From NCBI GenBank assembly GCA_965247115.1, contig CBDFGR010000002.1:1408001-1472000 (forward strand): a DNA stretch of 64,000 nucleotides, read 5' to 3'. Position numbers and translations under genes: made by a program. This document shows, one piece after another, positions 28,776 through 37,757 of this stretch. The number at the start of each line of letters is the position of its first letter. Positions within the stretch are counted from its first letter, which is position 1. A model generated the notes under the pieces. The model was not told the origin of the DNA. It searched no databases and was given only the letters and a program-made list of their open reading frames with translations. Origin of the DNA: Myxococcota bacterium. GTDB lineage: Bacteria; Myxococcota_A; UBA9160; SZUA-336.

Positions 28776-30709
28776 GGAGTCTCCTCGAGTCGCTCGATGC
28801 TCTCCTCGATCCGCAGCGCGAGGTCGAGTGCCCGGTAGCCGTCCTCCCCGCTCACGTCCGGCTTCGTGCGCTCCCGCACCGACGTCGCGAACGCGCGGTC
28901 CTGCGCGAGCAGCGCATCGCCGGAGTCGAGCTCGAGCTTCTCCGCGTGGATGCGCGGTGTCTCTCCTGACTCCGGGCGACCCTCACGGCGCACGATGGTG
29001 AGGCTGTTCTCGCCGAAGTCGATCGAGATGTAGGCGTCGCTCTGGAACAGGCGGACCTTGCGCAGCGACTCGAGCGAGACGCGGCTCGCTGTCAGGTTGA
29101 GGATGCACCCGTTTGCGAAGCGGATGCGCGCGTTCGCGATGTCCTCGCTGCTCGAGAGAACGGGCACGCCGACCGCCTCCACGCGCTCGACCTCGGCTCC
29201 AGCCAGGCTCGCGACGATGTCAAGATCGTGGATCATCACGTCCAGGATCACGCTCACGTCCGTCGCTCGATCAGGATACGGCCCGATCCGATGCGCCTCG
29301 ATGAAGCGCGGTCTGTTCAGCACCGGCCGGATGGCCGCGAAGGCGCGACTGAAGCGCTCGATGTGGCCAACCTGGAGCACCCGTCCGCGGCGCTCGGCCA
29401 GGTCGATCAGCTGCCTGGCGTCTTCGCGTGTCGTGGCGATGGGCTTCTCGACGAGCACGTCGAGCCCGGCCTCGAGCAGCTCCCGCGCGACCCGCGCGTG
29501 ATCCGTGGTCGGGACCGCTAGACAGGCTGCGTCCGCCAGCTCGCGAAGGCGCTCGGGCTCGCGCAGCGCCCGCACGTCGTACTTGCCCGCCACCTCGGCT
29601 GCTCGAGCGGGGTCTGCGTCACAGACGCAGGCGAGCCGGGCAACGCCCTCGCGCTCGAGCTGCGCGAGCTTCTCGGCGTGGAAGGCGCCCATGTGCCCAG
29701 CGCCGACCACGGCGATGCGCGGCAGTCCGCCTTGCGGGTGCCCGCCTTGCGGGACCCGGCGTCTACCTTGCGGGACCCGGCGCGCGAGCGGTCGCGCGCC
29801 ACCCGCTCTTCGTTCGGCTTGCGCCTCACTGCGCGCCGCGCCTTCGGCGCGGCTTGCGGGCGCCGTGCGTAGGGGCGCTTGCACCGTTGAGTCCGAGGGT
29901 AGGCCCACGAGGGTGATGCTCGCGTCGGCCAGCAGGGCGAGGGTTCGCTCGCGCTCGAGGACGAGCGTGCGGGCCGCCTCGAGGCCGATGGCCGCTACGC
30001 CGGCCTCTTTCGCGAGCGCGACGGTGCTCGGACCGATCACGGGGACGTCGAAGCGGAGGTCCTGACCGGGCTTCGCGACCTTGATGACGACGCTGCCCGG
30101 CCCTGCGAGCTCGGCCGCGCGCCGGACCATCGCATCCGTCCCCTCGGCCGCCTCGACGGCCACGACAGCCCCGGCTCGCACGACGACGCCCTGGCCCACG
30201 TCATGGCTGCCGAGACTCTTCGCCACGGTCAGGCCCAGCGCCAGGTCCTGCTCCTGCTCTGCCGAGAGCGGCCCGCCGACCAGGAGACCTTCGCGGACGA
30301 GCCGATCGCCCAAGTACTTGGTGGAGTCGACGACCGGCAGACCTTCGGACTCGAGCTCGTCAGCGATCGCGCGCAGCAGCACGTCGTCGCCGAGCGCCGG
30401 AAGCCGACGCAGCAGCGCGATGGCACGCGCGTCCGGGCGCAGTGAGGCCGGATCCTGAAGCAGCTCTCGCTTGGTGACCGCGCCTGCCAGGATGACCTCG
30501 CTCGCAGCCGCGTCCCTGAAGAAGCGGATCACGCGCTCGAGCTCTCCTGCGGCGAACCAGCCGAAGGCTCCCCGAGCACGCGACTCGATCGCAGGATCGG
30601 TGTTCCTCTCGATCGCCGCGATCGCCACGCCCAACCCGAGCTCCGAAGCGGCCTCGGCCACTTCGAACGGTAAGGGTCCGCTCCCTGCGATCAGCCCGAG
30701 CACCAACAT
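28772..30709 (-). CDS. lpxI: Fused ORF: LpxI (UDP-2,3-diacylglucosamine hydrolase), repeat-encoded linker, Gfo/Idh/MocA dehydrogenase (GnnA-like)
   Basis: N-terminal about 270 aa: GLIAGSG.LP, DVGQGVVV, AVEAAEGTD, K.AKPGQDLRFDVPVIG. C-terminal about 315 aa: IAVVGAGHMG, VEKPI, QVGHIERF, DVMIHDLD, TASRVS. No stop codon between the two domains. Confidence 0.85.
   Translation of the reverse strand: MLVLGLIAGSGPLPFEVAEAASELGLGVAIAAIERNTDPAIESRARGAFGWFAAGELERVIRFFRDAAASEVILAGAVTKRELLQDPASLRPDARAIALLRRLPALGDDVLLRAIADELESEGLPVVDSTKYLGDRLVREGLLVGGPLSAEQEQDLALGLTVAKSLGSHDVGQGVVVRAGAVVAVEAAEGTDAMVRRAAELAGPGSVVIKVAKPGQDLRFDVPVIGPSTVALAKEAGVAAIGLEAARTLVLERERTLALLADASITLVGLPSDSTVQAPLRTAPASRAEGAARSEAQAERRAGGARPLARRVPQGRRRVPQGGHPQGGLPRIAVVGAGHMGAFHAEKLAQLEREGVARLACVCDADPARAAEVAGKYDVRALREPERLRELADAACLAVPTTDHARVARELLEAGLDVLVEKPIATTREDARQLIDLAERRGRVLQVGHIERFSRAFAAIRPVLNRPRFIEAHRIGPYPDRATDVSVILDVMIHDLDIVASLAGAEVERVEAVGVPVLSSSEDIANARIRFANGCILNLTASRVSLESLRKVRLFQSDAYISIDFGENSLTIVRREGRPESGETPRIHAEKLELDSGDALLAQDRAFATSVRERTKPDVSGEDGYRALDLALRIEESIERLEETP
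29724..29860 (-). repeat. Three-hairpin REP-like repeat, copy A (inside the lpxI fusion ORF)
   Basis: Shares 50 consecutive identical bases with copy B and the 33-bp core GGGTGGCGCGCGACCGCTCGCGCGCCGGGTCCC with copies B and C. Confidence 0.9.
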
Positions 30710-30722
30710 GCTGGGGAGGAGC

Positions 30723-31505
30723 CTAACGAAACCGCGCGAAGCCGCGCTCGGATTTCTCGAGGAACGCGATCATGTGTTCGGCTTCGCGCGAATCGGGCAG
30801 TTTCTCGCGGACTGCTGCAAAGGCGTCGACGGGGTTCAGGTTCGAGCGAAAGATGATCCGATATGCCAGCTCCACGGCTTCAATCCGCTTCTCGTCGAAG
30901 CCGCGGCGTTCCATGTTGACCCGGTTCACGCCGATCACGCGTGCAGGATAGCCCTGTAGCTTGAGGAAGGGAGCCGCATCCATGACGAGCCCGGACATCG
31001 CACTCAGCATCGCGGATTCGCCGACGCGAAGAAACTGCCCCACGGCGCAGCGACCGGCGAGGTACGCGTGGTCCTCGACACGGATGTGTCCGGCGAGCAA
31101 GACCTCGTTCGTCATGATCACGTGGCTGCCGATGTGGCAGTCGTGAGCGATGTGGACGCCTATCATGATCAGGTTGTCGTCGCCGATGGTTGTCAGACCC
31201 CCGGCCACCTCCGTGCCGGGATGGATCGTGGCGTGCTCCCGGATGGTGTTGCGCGCGCCGATCACGAGACGCGTCGAGTCCCCCCGGTACTTCTGGTCTT
31301 GCGGGATCTCGCCGACAGACGCGAAGGAGTAGACCACCGTCTCCGGACCGATCTCGGTGTTTCCCGTGACGAGCGCGTGGGATCGCAGCTCGACCCGCGG
31401 CCCCAGCCGGACCTGCGGCCCGACCACGCAGTAGGGACCGACCGTCACGTCGGAGGCGAGCTCGGCCTTCGGATCGATGATGGCCGTTGGGTGAATTCCA
31501 CTCAT
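30723..31505 (-). CDS. lpxA: UDP-N-acetylglucosamine acyltransferase
   Basis: IHPTAIID, PQDQKY, IREHATIHPGT, HIAHDC, hexapeptide repeats, GVNRVN. Confidence 0.94.
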   Translation of the reverse strand: MSGIHPTAIIDPKAELASDVTVGPYCVVGPQVRLGPRVELRSHALVTGNTEIGPETVVYSFASVGEIPQDQKYRGDSTRLVIGARNTIREHATIHPGTEVAGGLTTIGDDNLIMIGVHIAHDCHIGSHVIMTNEVLLAGHIRVEDHAYLAGRCAVGQFLRVGESAMLSAMSGLVMDAAPFLKLQGYPARVIGVNRVNMERRGFDEKRIEAVELAYRIIFRSNLNPVDAFAAVREKLPDSREAEHMIAFLEKSERGFARFR

Positions 31506-31957
31506 CCGTCACTCTCCTCCCAGCGCACAAAGGACGCCAGCAAGGTGGTCTGGACCGCGAGCTCTCCCTCGACCTTGGCGAAGCCCTCGAAGCGAAACAT
31601 CGGTCCGCGCCGCCGCAGCACGCGCACATCCAGCTGCAGCACGTCCCCGGGGACGACCGGGCGTCGGAAGCGCGCGTTGTCGATCCCGACGAGTGCGGGC
31701 TCGAGACCTTCGGCGATCCCAGCCGTGCGCTTCGCCCACACGCACGCGGTCTGCGCGAGTGCCTCGAGGACGAGTACGCCGGGAAAGATCGGCCGGTCCG
31801 GGAAGTGTCCCTGGAGCACGGGCTCGTTCACGCTGATGAGCTTCTCGCCGAGGGCCGAGCCATCGTCCATCTCGAGGATCCGGTCGACGAGCAGGATCGG
31901 ATAGCGGTGCGGCAGGAGCTCGCGAATCTCCGCGATTCCGAGCAGCGCCTTAGACAC
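31502..31957 (-). CDS. fabZ: 3-hydroxyacyl-ACP dehydratase
   Basis: LPHRYPILLVDR, GHFP..PIFPGVL..EALAQ, RFRRPVVPGD. Confidence 0.95.
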   Translation of the reverse strand: MSKALLGIAEIRELLPHRYPILLVDRILEMDDGSALGEKLISVNEPVLQGHFPDRPIFPGVLVLEALAQTACVWAKRTAGIAEGLEPALVGIDNARFRRPVVPGDVLQLDVRVLRRRGPMFRFEGFAKVEGELAVQTTLLASFVRWEESDG

Positions 31958-31991
31958 GCCGGTCTCCCTTGCGCCCGCGGCGCACTCCGTT

Positions 31992-32525
31992 CTACTCCTT
32001 CCCGTTCTCGTTCAGGCGCTTGACAACGAGCTCCGTGATGTCGAGCGCGTCCTCGAGGTAGAGAACGCCGGGGCTGGAGCGATCGAGGATGAGCGAGAAG
32101 TCCCTGTCTTTTCCGATCTCGAGGACCGCCTCAGAGAATTCCTTGACCAGGGGCGCGAGCATCTTGCGCTCCTCGAGCTGCAGCTCCTCCTGAGCCTCCT
32201 GCACCTCACGCTCCAGGTCGCGGCCCCGCTTGACCAGGTCGAGCCGCCGCTCCTCGATGGCCTCGGGCGTGAGTACGTAGCGCTGCGCCTCGAGCTCTGC
32301 GCCCAGGCGTCGAAGGTCCTCTTGCTGTGGCTCCAGCTCTCCCTGGATCTTGGCCGCCAGCTCCGTCAGGAGCTTCTCTGCCTCGCGCCCGCGTATCGAG
32401 CTGATAATGGCCTGACGCTGATCGACGAACGCGATCTTCACGTCAGCCGCCCGGGCAAAGGAAGGTGCGAGCAAGCTCGCGAGCATGCCGAGCACGAACG
32501 CCGAGCCGAGTAATCGGGTCCCCAT
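31992..32525 (-). CDS. skp: OmpH/Skp outer-membrane chaperone
   Basis: Signal peptide, KIAFVD, helical core, DITELVVKRLN; follows bamA. Confidence 0.88.
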   Translation of the reverse strand: MGTRLLGSAFVLGMLASLLAPSFARAADVKIAFVDQRQAIISSIRGREAEKLLTELAAKIQGELEPQQEDLRRLGAELEAQRYVLTPEAIEERRLDLVKRGRDLEREVQEAQEELQLEERKMLAPLVKEFSEAVLEIGKDRDFSLILDRSSPGVLYLEDALDITELVVKRLNENGKE

Positions 32526-32580
32526 CTGATCCTCCTTCTATTCGCTGCCTTGACTATCCCTTGGGGGGATCGTCTGGGGT

Positions 32581-35244
32581 TCAGAGCTGACTGCCACCCA
32601 TAGAGAACTCGAATACCGCAGCGTCTTCGTCATCCAGCGCGTCGAGCGGGATCCCCAGAATGACCATGACCGGACCGAAGGGACTGAACCAGTTCACCCC
32701 GAAGCCCACCGAGAAGCGGAAGTCCGCGGGGTTCAAGGCCTCATTCTCTGCAAATGCGTTTCCCATGTCGAAAAAGGTGATCCCAGTAAGCCCCAGCTCC
32801 TCCGAGATCGGGAACTGCAGCTCCAGATTCAGCAGGAACATCTTATTCCCGCCGATCACATTCGCAAGGTCCAAGTCCACGAAGTCGTCGTTGTCATCGT
32901 CACTGAGGCTGTTGCAACCGCTCGGCAGGATACACACGCCAAGTCCGGCAGGATCGGCGGGATCCTGGGAGACGCGGAATCCATTGGTGTTGAAGGCCAC
33001 CTCTCCGGGCGCAAACAAGTTTCCGTTGCTGTCAATGGACCGCGCTAGCAGCTCGCTCCGGCGCGGACCCACGGAGCGTTGCTTGAAGCCCCGAACTTGG
33101 AAGGCGCCAAGCCCGCCAAGGTAGTAGCGCTCGGTGAGGTTGAGCTCGAGATCGTCGTCGATCCGGGTGAGCGCTTCCGCCTCGGGGCCGAAGGCGTCCG
33201 TGAACGCCCTGCAGCTCGTCGCCGGCCCCGCACCGTCCGGGTCCGTGAAGGTACACACAGGCAGGTCAAAGTCTCCAATGGAGTTAAACGGGATCACCCA
33301 GCCGGCCCGAGTATTGATGATGACCGTCGACTCGAAGGGGAGCCACTTCTTCCAGGGGAAGTACCAGGTCGAGCGCCCTTCGAAACGCACGAACTCGTTG
33401 AGGCCGCCTAGCCCGGCGTACTCGACGTTGGCGGAGAACACGTTTCCGTTCTTCGGGAAACGAATGTCGTCGCGCGTGTCCCGTGAAACCGAGAAGTTGA
33501 CAAGCGAGGTCGAGGTTGAGCCCTCGAAGTCCTCTCGTTGCAGCATCGACGCGGCCTGCAGTCTGCCGAAGCCCGTCACGTCTCGCGTAGTGTACGAATA
33601 GCCGGTCCCGAGGAAGGTGTCGCCCTCGTCGAGCGGATAGCTGATGTTTGACGAGAAACCGGTGACCTCCTGATCGAAATCGAGGAACTCCCGCTCGATG
33701 CTGGACAGGGTGCCGGACAGCGTCGCCGCGCTGCCGAACGCGTACGGCTCCAGGTAGCGCAGGAAGATGTTCTTCGTCCGGCTGCCGACGTCCGCGTTCG
33801 CGCTCAGGGCTCGCCCCTGACCGAAGAGGTTCTCCTGCGAGATCGAGCCGTTGACGAGGAAGCCGTCTGTGGACCCGACGCCGGCGCCGAAGCTGAAGCT
33901 CCCCGTCGGTCGCTCGACGACGTCGACGGCCAGTGCGAGCCGCCCGGGCGTATCGAGCGGCTGGGCGGCCATCGTGACCTCCTCGAAGAAGCCCAGCCTG
34001 CGCACACGCGCCTCGCTGCGGCGCACCGAGTCCGCGGCGTAGAGCTCGCCCTCGGACACGCCAAGCTCGCGGCGAACGACGTTGTCTCGGGTGCGCGTAT
34101 TACCCCGGACATCGATGCGATCGATGAAGAAGAGCGTCCCCTTCTCCACCTCGAAAGTGGAGGCGATCAAGAGCGCATCCGGGTCGACGTCAGTCCGGGG
34201 GGAGATGCTGGACTCGAAGAAGCCACGATCGGCGTAGTAGAAGCGCAGCCGCTCGACATCGTCGGAGAGCACACTGCGGCTGAAGACTTCGCCCTCCTTG
34301 GTCTCGACCAGGCCGAGCAAGAGCTCGAGATCCATGGTCTCATCACCAATGACGTCGATCGTCCCGTTGCGGAACTGCGGCCCCTCTGTGATGTCCACGC
34401 TCACGTACAGCCCGTCCGCCTTGACCTCCACACTCGGATCACCCACGTCGACGCGAATGTAGCCGTCGTCCATGTACAGGCGGGCCACGGCGTCCAGGTC
34501 CTGATAGAAGAGCGGCTCCGCGTACAGCCCGGACTTGTCCCAGAAGTGGGTGACCATCGACAGCCAGCCCCAGGGCTTTACCTGCATGACGCGCCGCAGG
34601 TCTCCATCGTCGAAAGCGACGTTGCCCTCGAAGGAGACCTCGCGCAGCGTGAGCTTGGCACCTTCGGCGATCTCGAAGTTCACGGATACGGCGCCCGGGG
34701 CGAGCTCCTCGATCTCGTACTCGACCTGCGCGAGGTAGTAGCCCTTGGTCTGGTAGAAGCCCTCCATGCGAGCCCGGTTCTCGATCAGGAGCGGGTAGTC
34801 GATCGTGGAGCCGACCGTGAGGGTCAGCTGATCCTGGAGATCGTCGCTGTCGACCTCCTCGTTTCCGATCACCGTGATCCGGCGAATGATCGGCTGCTCC
34901 TGCACCGCGTACGTGAGCGCCTGCCCACCTTCCACACGATCGGCCGAGACGTCGACGTCGCGGAAGAAGCCGAGCTCGTAGATGCGTCTCACGTCCTCCG
35001 CCACGCGTGTGAAGCTGAAGACCGTGTCCACCTGCGTGACCAGCACGGCGCGGATAGCGTTCGCGTCGATGCGCCGATTCCCCTCGATCCGGATCTCGCG
35101 CACCACGACGCCCTCGGTGGGAGTGCCCGCGTCCGCCTGCTGAGCTCTGGCCCCAAGCGACGTGCCGAGCACGAGCGCGCCTACCAGAGTCCCCACGGCG
35201 GCGCGGATCCAGGAACCATTGCTCGAGATTCTCCGGTACGTCAT
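32581..35244 (-). CDS. bamA: Outer membrane protein assembly factor BamA
   Basis: POTRA repeats (IEGNRRI, GNTRTRDNVVRRE), ERPTGSFSFGAG, VRGF motif, W.SPFGP; start at 35244 or 35265. Confidence 0.93.
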   Translation of the reverse strand: MTYRRISSNGSWIRAAVGTLVGALVLGTSLGARAQQADAGTPTEGVVVREIRIEGNRRIDANAIRAVLVTQVDTVFSFTRVAEDVRRIYELGFFRDVDVSADRVEGGQALTYAVQEQPIIRRITVIGNEEVDSDDLQDQLTLTVGSTIDYPLLIENRARMEGFYQTKGYYLAQVEYEIEELAPGAVSVNFEIAEGAKLTLREVSFEGNVAFDDGDLRRVMQVKPWGWLSMVTHFWDKSGLYAEPLFYQDLDAVARLYMDDGYIRVDVGDPSVEVKADGLYVSVDITEGPQFRNGTIDVIGDETMDLELLLGLVETKEGEVFSRSVLSDDVERLRFYYADRGFFESSISPRTDVDPDALLIASTFEVEKGTLFFIDRIDVRGNTRTRDNVVRRELGVSEGELYAADSVRRSEARVRRLGFFEEVTMAAQPLDTPGRLALAVDVVERPTGSFSFGAGVGSTDGFLVNGSISQENLFGQGRALSANADVGSRTKNIFLRYLEPYAFGSAATLSGTLSSIEREFLDFDQEVTGFSSNISYPLDEGDTFLGTGYSYTTRDVTGFGRLQAASMLQREDFEGSTSTSLVNFSVSRDTRDDIRFPKNGNVFSANVEYAGLGGLNEFVRFEGRSTWYFPWKKWLPFESTVIINTRAGWVIPFNSIGDFDLPVCTFTDPDGAGPATSCRAFTDAFGPEAEALTRIDDDLELNLTERYYLGGLGAFQVRGFKQRSVGPRRSELLARSIDSNGNLFAPGEVAFNTNGFRVSQDPADPAGLGVCILPSGCNSLSDDDNDDFVDLDLANVIGGNKMFLLNLELQFPISEELGLTGITFFDMGNAFAENEALNPADFRFSVGFGVNWFSPFGPVMVILGIPLDALDDEDAAVFEFSMGGSQL

Positions 35245-35335
35245 ATCCCTCGATCTCGTCGCCAAGTAAATTTACGGTGAACGCGACACCTTACCCTGAG
35301 CGTGCCGGCGCGGTCTACAGAATCCCTCCGCCCGC

Positions 35336-36007
35336 TCAGGACTCCAGCCGGCCCTCCGTCAGGTAGCACTTCTTCGCGAGTCGGTTGGCCAGCTTCTCGT
35401 TGTGGGTGACGAGAATCAGGGCCGTCTCGATCTCGGCGTTCAGCTTGAGAAAGAGGTCCTCCACGTCCTCGGCCGTGTGCGGATCCAGGTTCCCGGTCGG
35501 CTCGTCCGCCAGGATGACCGGGGGCTCGAGCACCATCGAGCGCGCCACCGCCACGCGCTGTCGCTCGCCGCCGGAGAGCTTGCCAGGCCCATGCCGGCGG
35601 CGGTCTGCGAGTCCCACGACCTCGAGCATCTCCCCGGCACGCGCTCGCGCCTTGCGCTTGCTCCAGCCCGCCAGGAGGCACGGCATCATGACGTTCTCCT
35701 CGGCATCGAACTCGGGGAGGAGATGGTGCAGCTGGAACACGAAGCCCAGGGTCTGATTGCGAAACTGCGCGATCTCTGCGCTTGGAAGCCCGTAGATATC
35801 CACACCGCTGTACAGGACGCGACCCGCGGTCGGCCGCTCGAGGCCTCCGAGGATGTGCAGGAGCGTCGACTTGCCGGCCCCAGAGACCCCGAGAACCGCG
35901 ATGGAATCGCCTCGGCCGATGCGCAGATCGATCCCGTTCAGGATCTCGAGCCTCGCCCCCGCAAGCTCGAAGTGCTTGACCACTCCCTCGGCGCAGAGGT
36001 CACTCAT
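35336..36007 (-). CDS. lolD: Lipoprotein-releasing ABC ATPase LolD
   Basis: GVSGAGKST, FVFQLHHLLPEF, LSGGERQR, ADEPTGNLD. Confidence 0.9.
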   Translation of the reverse strand: MSDLCAEGVVKHFELAGARLEILNGIDLRIGRGDSIAVLGVSGAGKSTLLHILGGLERPTAGRVLYSGVDIYGLPSAEIAQFRNQTLGFVFQLHHLLPEFDAEENVMMPCLLAGWSKRKARARAGEMLEVVGLADRRRHGPGKLSGGERQRVAVARSMVLEPPVILADEPTGNLDPHTAEDVEDLFLKLNAEIETALILVTHNEKLANRLAKKCYLTEGRLES

Positions 36008-37757
36008 ACCGGAGCGCCTCCGCGGGATCGAGACGGGCAGCCTGCCACGACGGCAGCAGGGTCGAGCCGATCGCGAGCACCATCGCGATCACCGCGATGA
36101 CGACCAGCTGGATCGGAACCACGTCGTAGGGCAGACCCTGCAGCTGGTACACGTTCGCCGGCAGCAGATCCAGGCCGAGCGTTCGCTCGACCACGAGCTG
36201 GATCCACGCCAGATTCCAGGTGATCACCAGTCCCATGCCGAGCCCGAGCACGAGACCGACGAGCCCGATCAAGATGCCCTCGAGCGCGAAGACGCGCAGG
36301 ATCCCGTCGTCGTCGCAGCCCATTGCCTTGAGGATGGCGATGTCGCGGGACTTCTCCATGATCATCATGATCAGCGTCGCAATGATGATGAAGCCCGCCA
36401 CGACCATGATGAACGACAGCAGCACGAACATCATCACCCGCTCGGTCTTCAGCGCCTGGAAGAAGGACGGGTAGAAGTCCTTCCAATCGCGCGCGAAGTA
36501 GAGCCCCCCGAGCTCGGCCTCGACTCGCTCGCCCACGCTGAACGAGCGGTAGGGATCCCCTGTGCGCACCTCGATGCCGCTCACGACGTCGTCGAGCCGC
36601 ATGAAGTCCTGCACCGCGCCGAGCTGTGCGTAGAGGAGACCGTCGTCGAACTGGTAGAACTGCGTGCGGAAGAACCCGGCCACGCGAAAGCGCTCCATGC
36701 GGGGAGCCGGTCCGATGGGAGTCGGGGCGCCTCCCAGCGGAGAGATCAGGAGGAGCGGATCTCCGAGCTGCAGGAAGAAGCGATCTGCGAGCTGCACGCC
36801 GACGATCACCCCTGGCAGCGCGGCATCCCCCTCGGCCTGTGGACTCGGGACCAGCTCTGCTAGTGAGCCCGCGATCAGGTGCTCGGGGAGCTGGGTCGCG
36901 TCGCCAACGGTCACGGGATCAATGCCCTTCAGCGTGACGGGCTGGATCCGGCCGTCCTTTCCGCGCACGATGACGTCGGTCGCGATGTACGGAGTGGCGC
37001 CGAGCACCTCGGGCACCTTCAGGATGTTCTCCCGCAGGGCCATGTAGCGCGGGTACTCGCCGAGATGGGAGTGCACGACCATGTGGGCCTGCGAGCCGAT
37101 GATCTTCTCCTCCCACATGCGCGAGAAGCCATTCATCACGGAGATCACGACGGTGATGACCGCGACGCCAAGCGCGACTCCAAGGATGCAGATCACGGAG
37201 ATGATCGAGATGAAGGTCTGGCGGCGCTTTGCCATGAGGTAGCGCAGCGTCAAGAACCACTCGACGGGTCGCTCGCGCCGGTGCAGGACCAGACCTCCGA
37301 GAACCAGGGGCCAGAGACCCAGCACAGCCCCCTGCAGCACGAAGCTCGCCGTGCCGAGAGCGAGCTCGGCTCTGGCCTCGAAGCTCGGCAGCGCGAGGGA
37401 GACAAGAAAGAGCGCCGCACAAACGCCCAGCAAGGCGAACCCTCCGCGCAAAAGCCAGCGATGCGAGGACTTCCAGCGCACGAGACCGTAGAAGAGCGCC
37501 GTCCACAGCAGCTGGCCTGCCGGGAGCGTCCAGACAGGCTCGATCCGGAGCGCAGCTGCCGTGGCAGTCATGACGGCCGTGGCGAGGAGCATCGCCACGA
37601 GTGCTGCACGCGGCGCCTCGACAAAGCGGAGGAACTGACCGAGCACGAGCGCCGCGGAGCCGGAAAAGAACGCAAAGAGCGCCAGAAAGCCCAGTGCGAT
37701 CAGCCCGACCAGACTGGCCGATGCGAAGCCCAGCAGCGCCGCCAGCCAGTCAAGCAT
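36000..37757 (-). CDS. lolE: Lipoprotein-releasing permease LolC/E with an extra N-terminal membrane domain
   Basis: LRYLMAKRRQTFISII, SVMNGF, EKSRDIAILKAMG, DPAEALRYE. Confidence 0.88.
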   Translation of the reverse strand: MLDWLAALLGFASASLVGLIALGFLALFAFFSGSAALVLGQFLRFVEAPRAALVAMLLATAVMTATAAALRIEPVWTLPAGQLLWTALFYGLVRWKSSHRWLLRGGFALLGVCAALFLVSLALPSFEARAELALGTASFVLQGAVLGLWPLVLGGLVLHRRERPVEWFLTLRYLMAKRRQTFISIISVICILGVALGVAVITVVISVMNGFSRMWEEKIIGSQAHMVVHSHLGEYPRYMALRENILKVPEVLGATPYIATDVIVRGKDGRIQPVTLKGIDPVTVGDATQLPEHLIAGSLAELVPSPQAEGDAALPGVIVGVQLADRFFLQLGDPLLLISPLGGAPTPIGPAPRMERFRVAGFFRTQFYQFDDGLLYAQLGAVQDFMRLDDVVSGIEVRTGDPYRSFSVGERVEAELGGLYFARDWKDFYPSFFQALKTERVMMFVLLSFIMVVAGFIIIATLIMMIMEKSRDIAILKAMGCDDDGILRVFALEGILIGLVGLVLGLGMGLVITWNLAWIQLVVERTLGLDLLPANVYQLQGLPYDVVPIQLVVIAVIAMVLAIGSTLLPSWQAARLDPAEALRYE

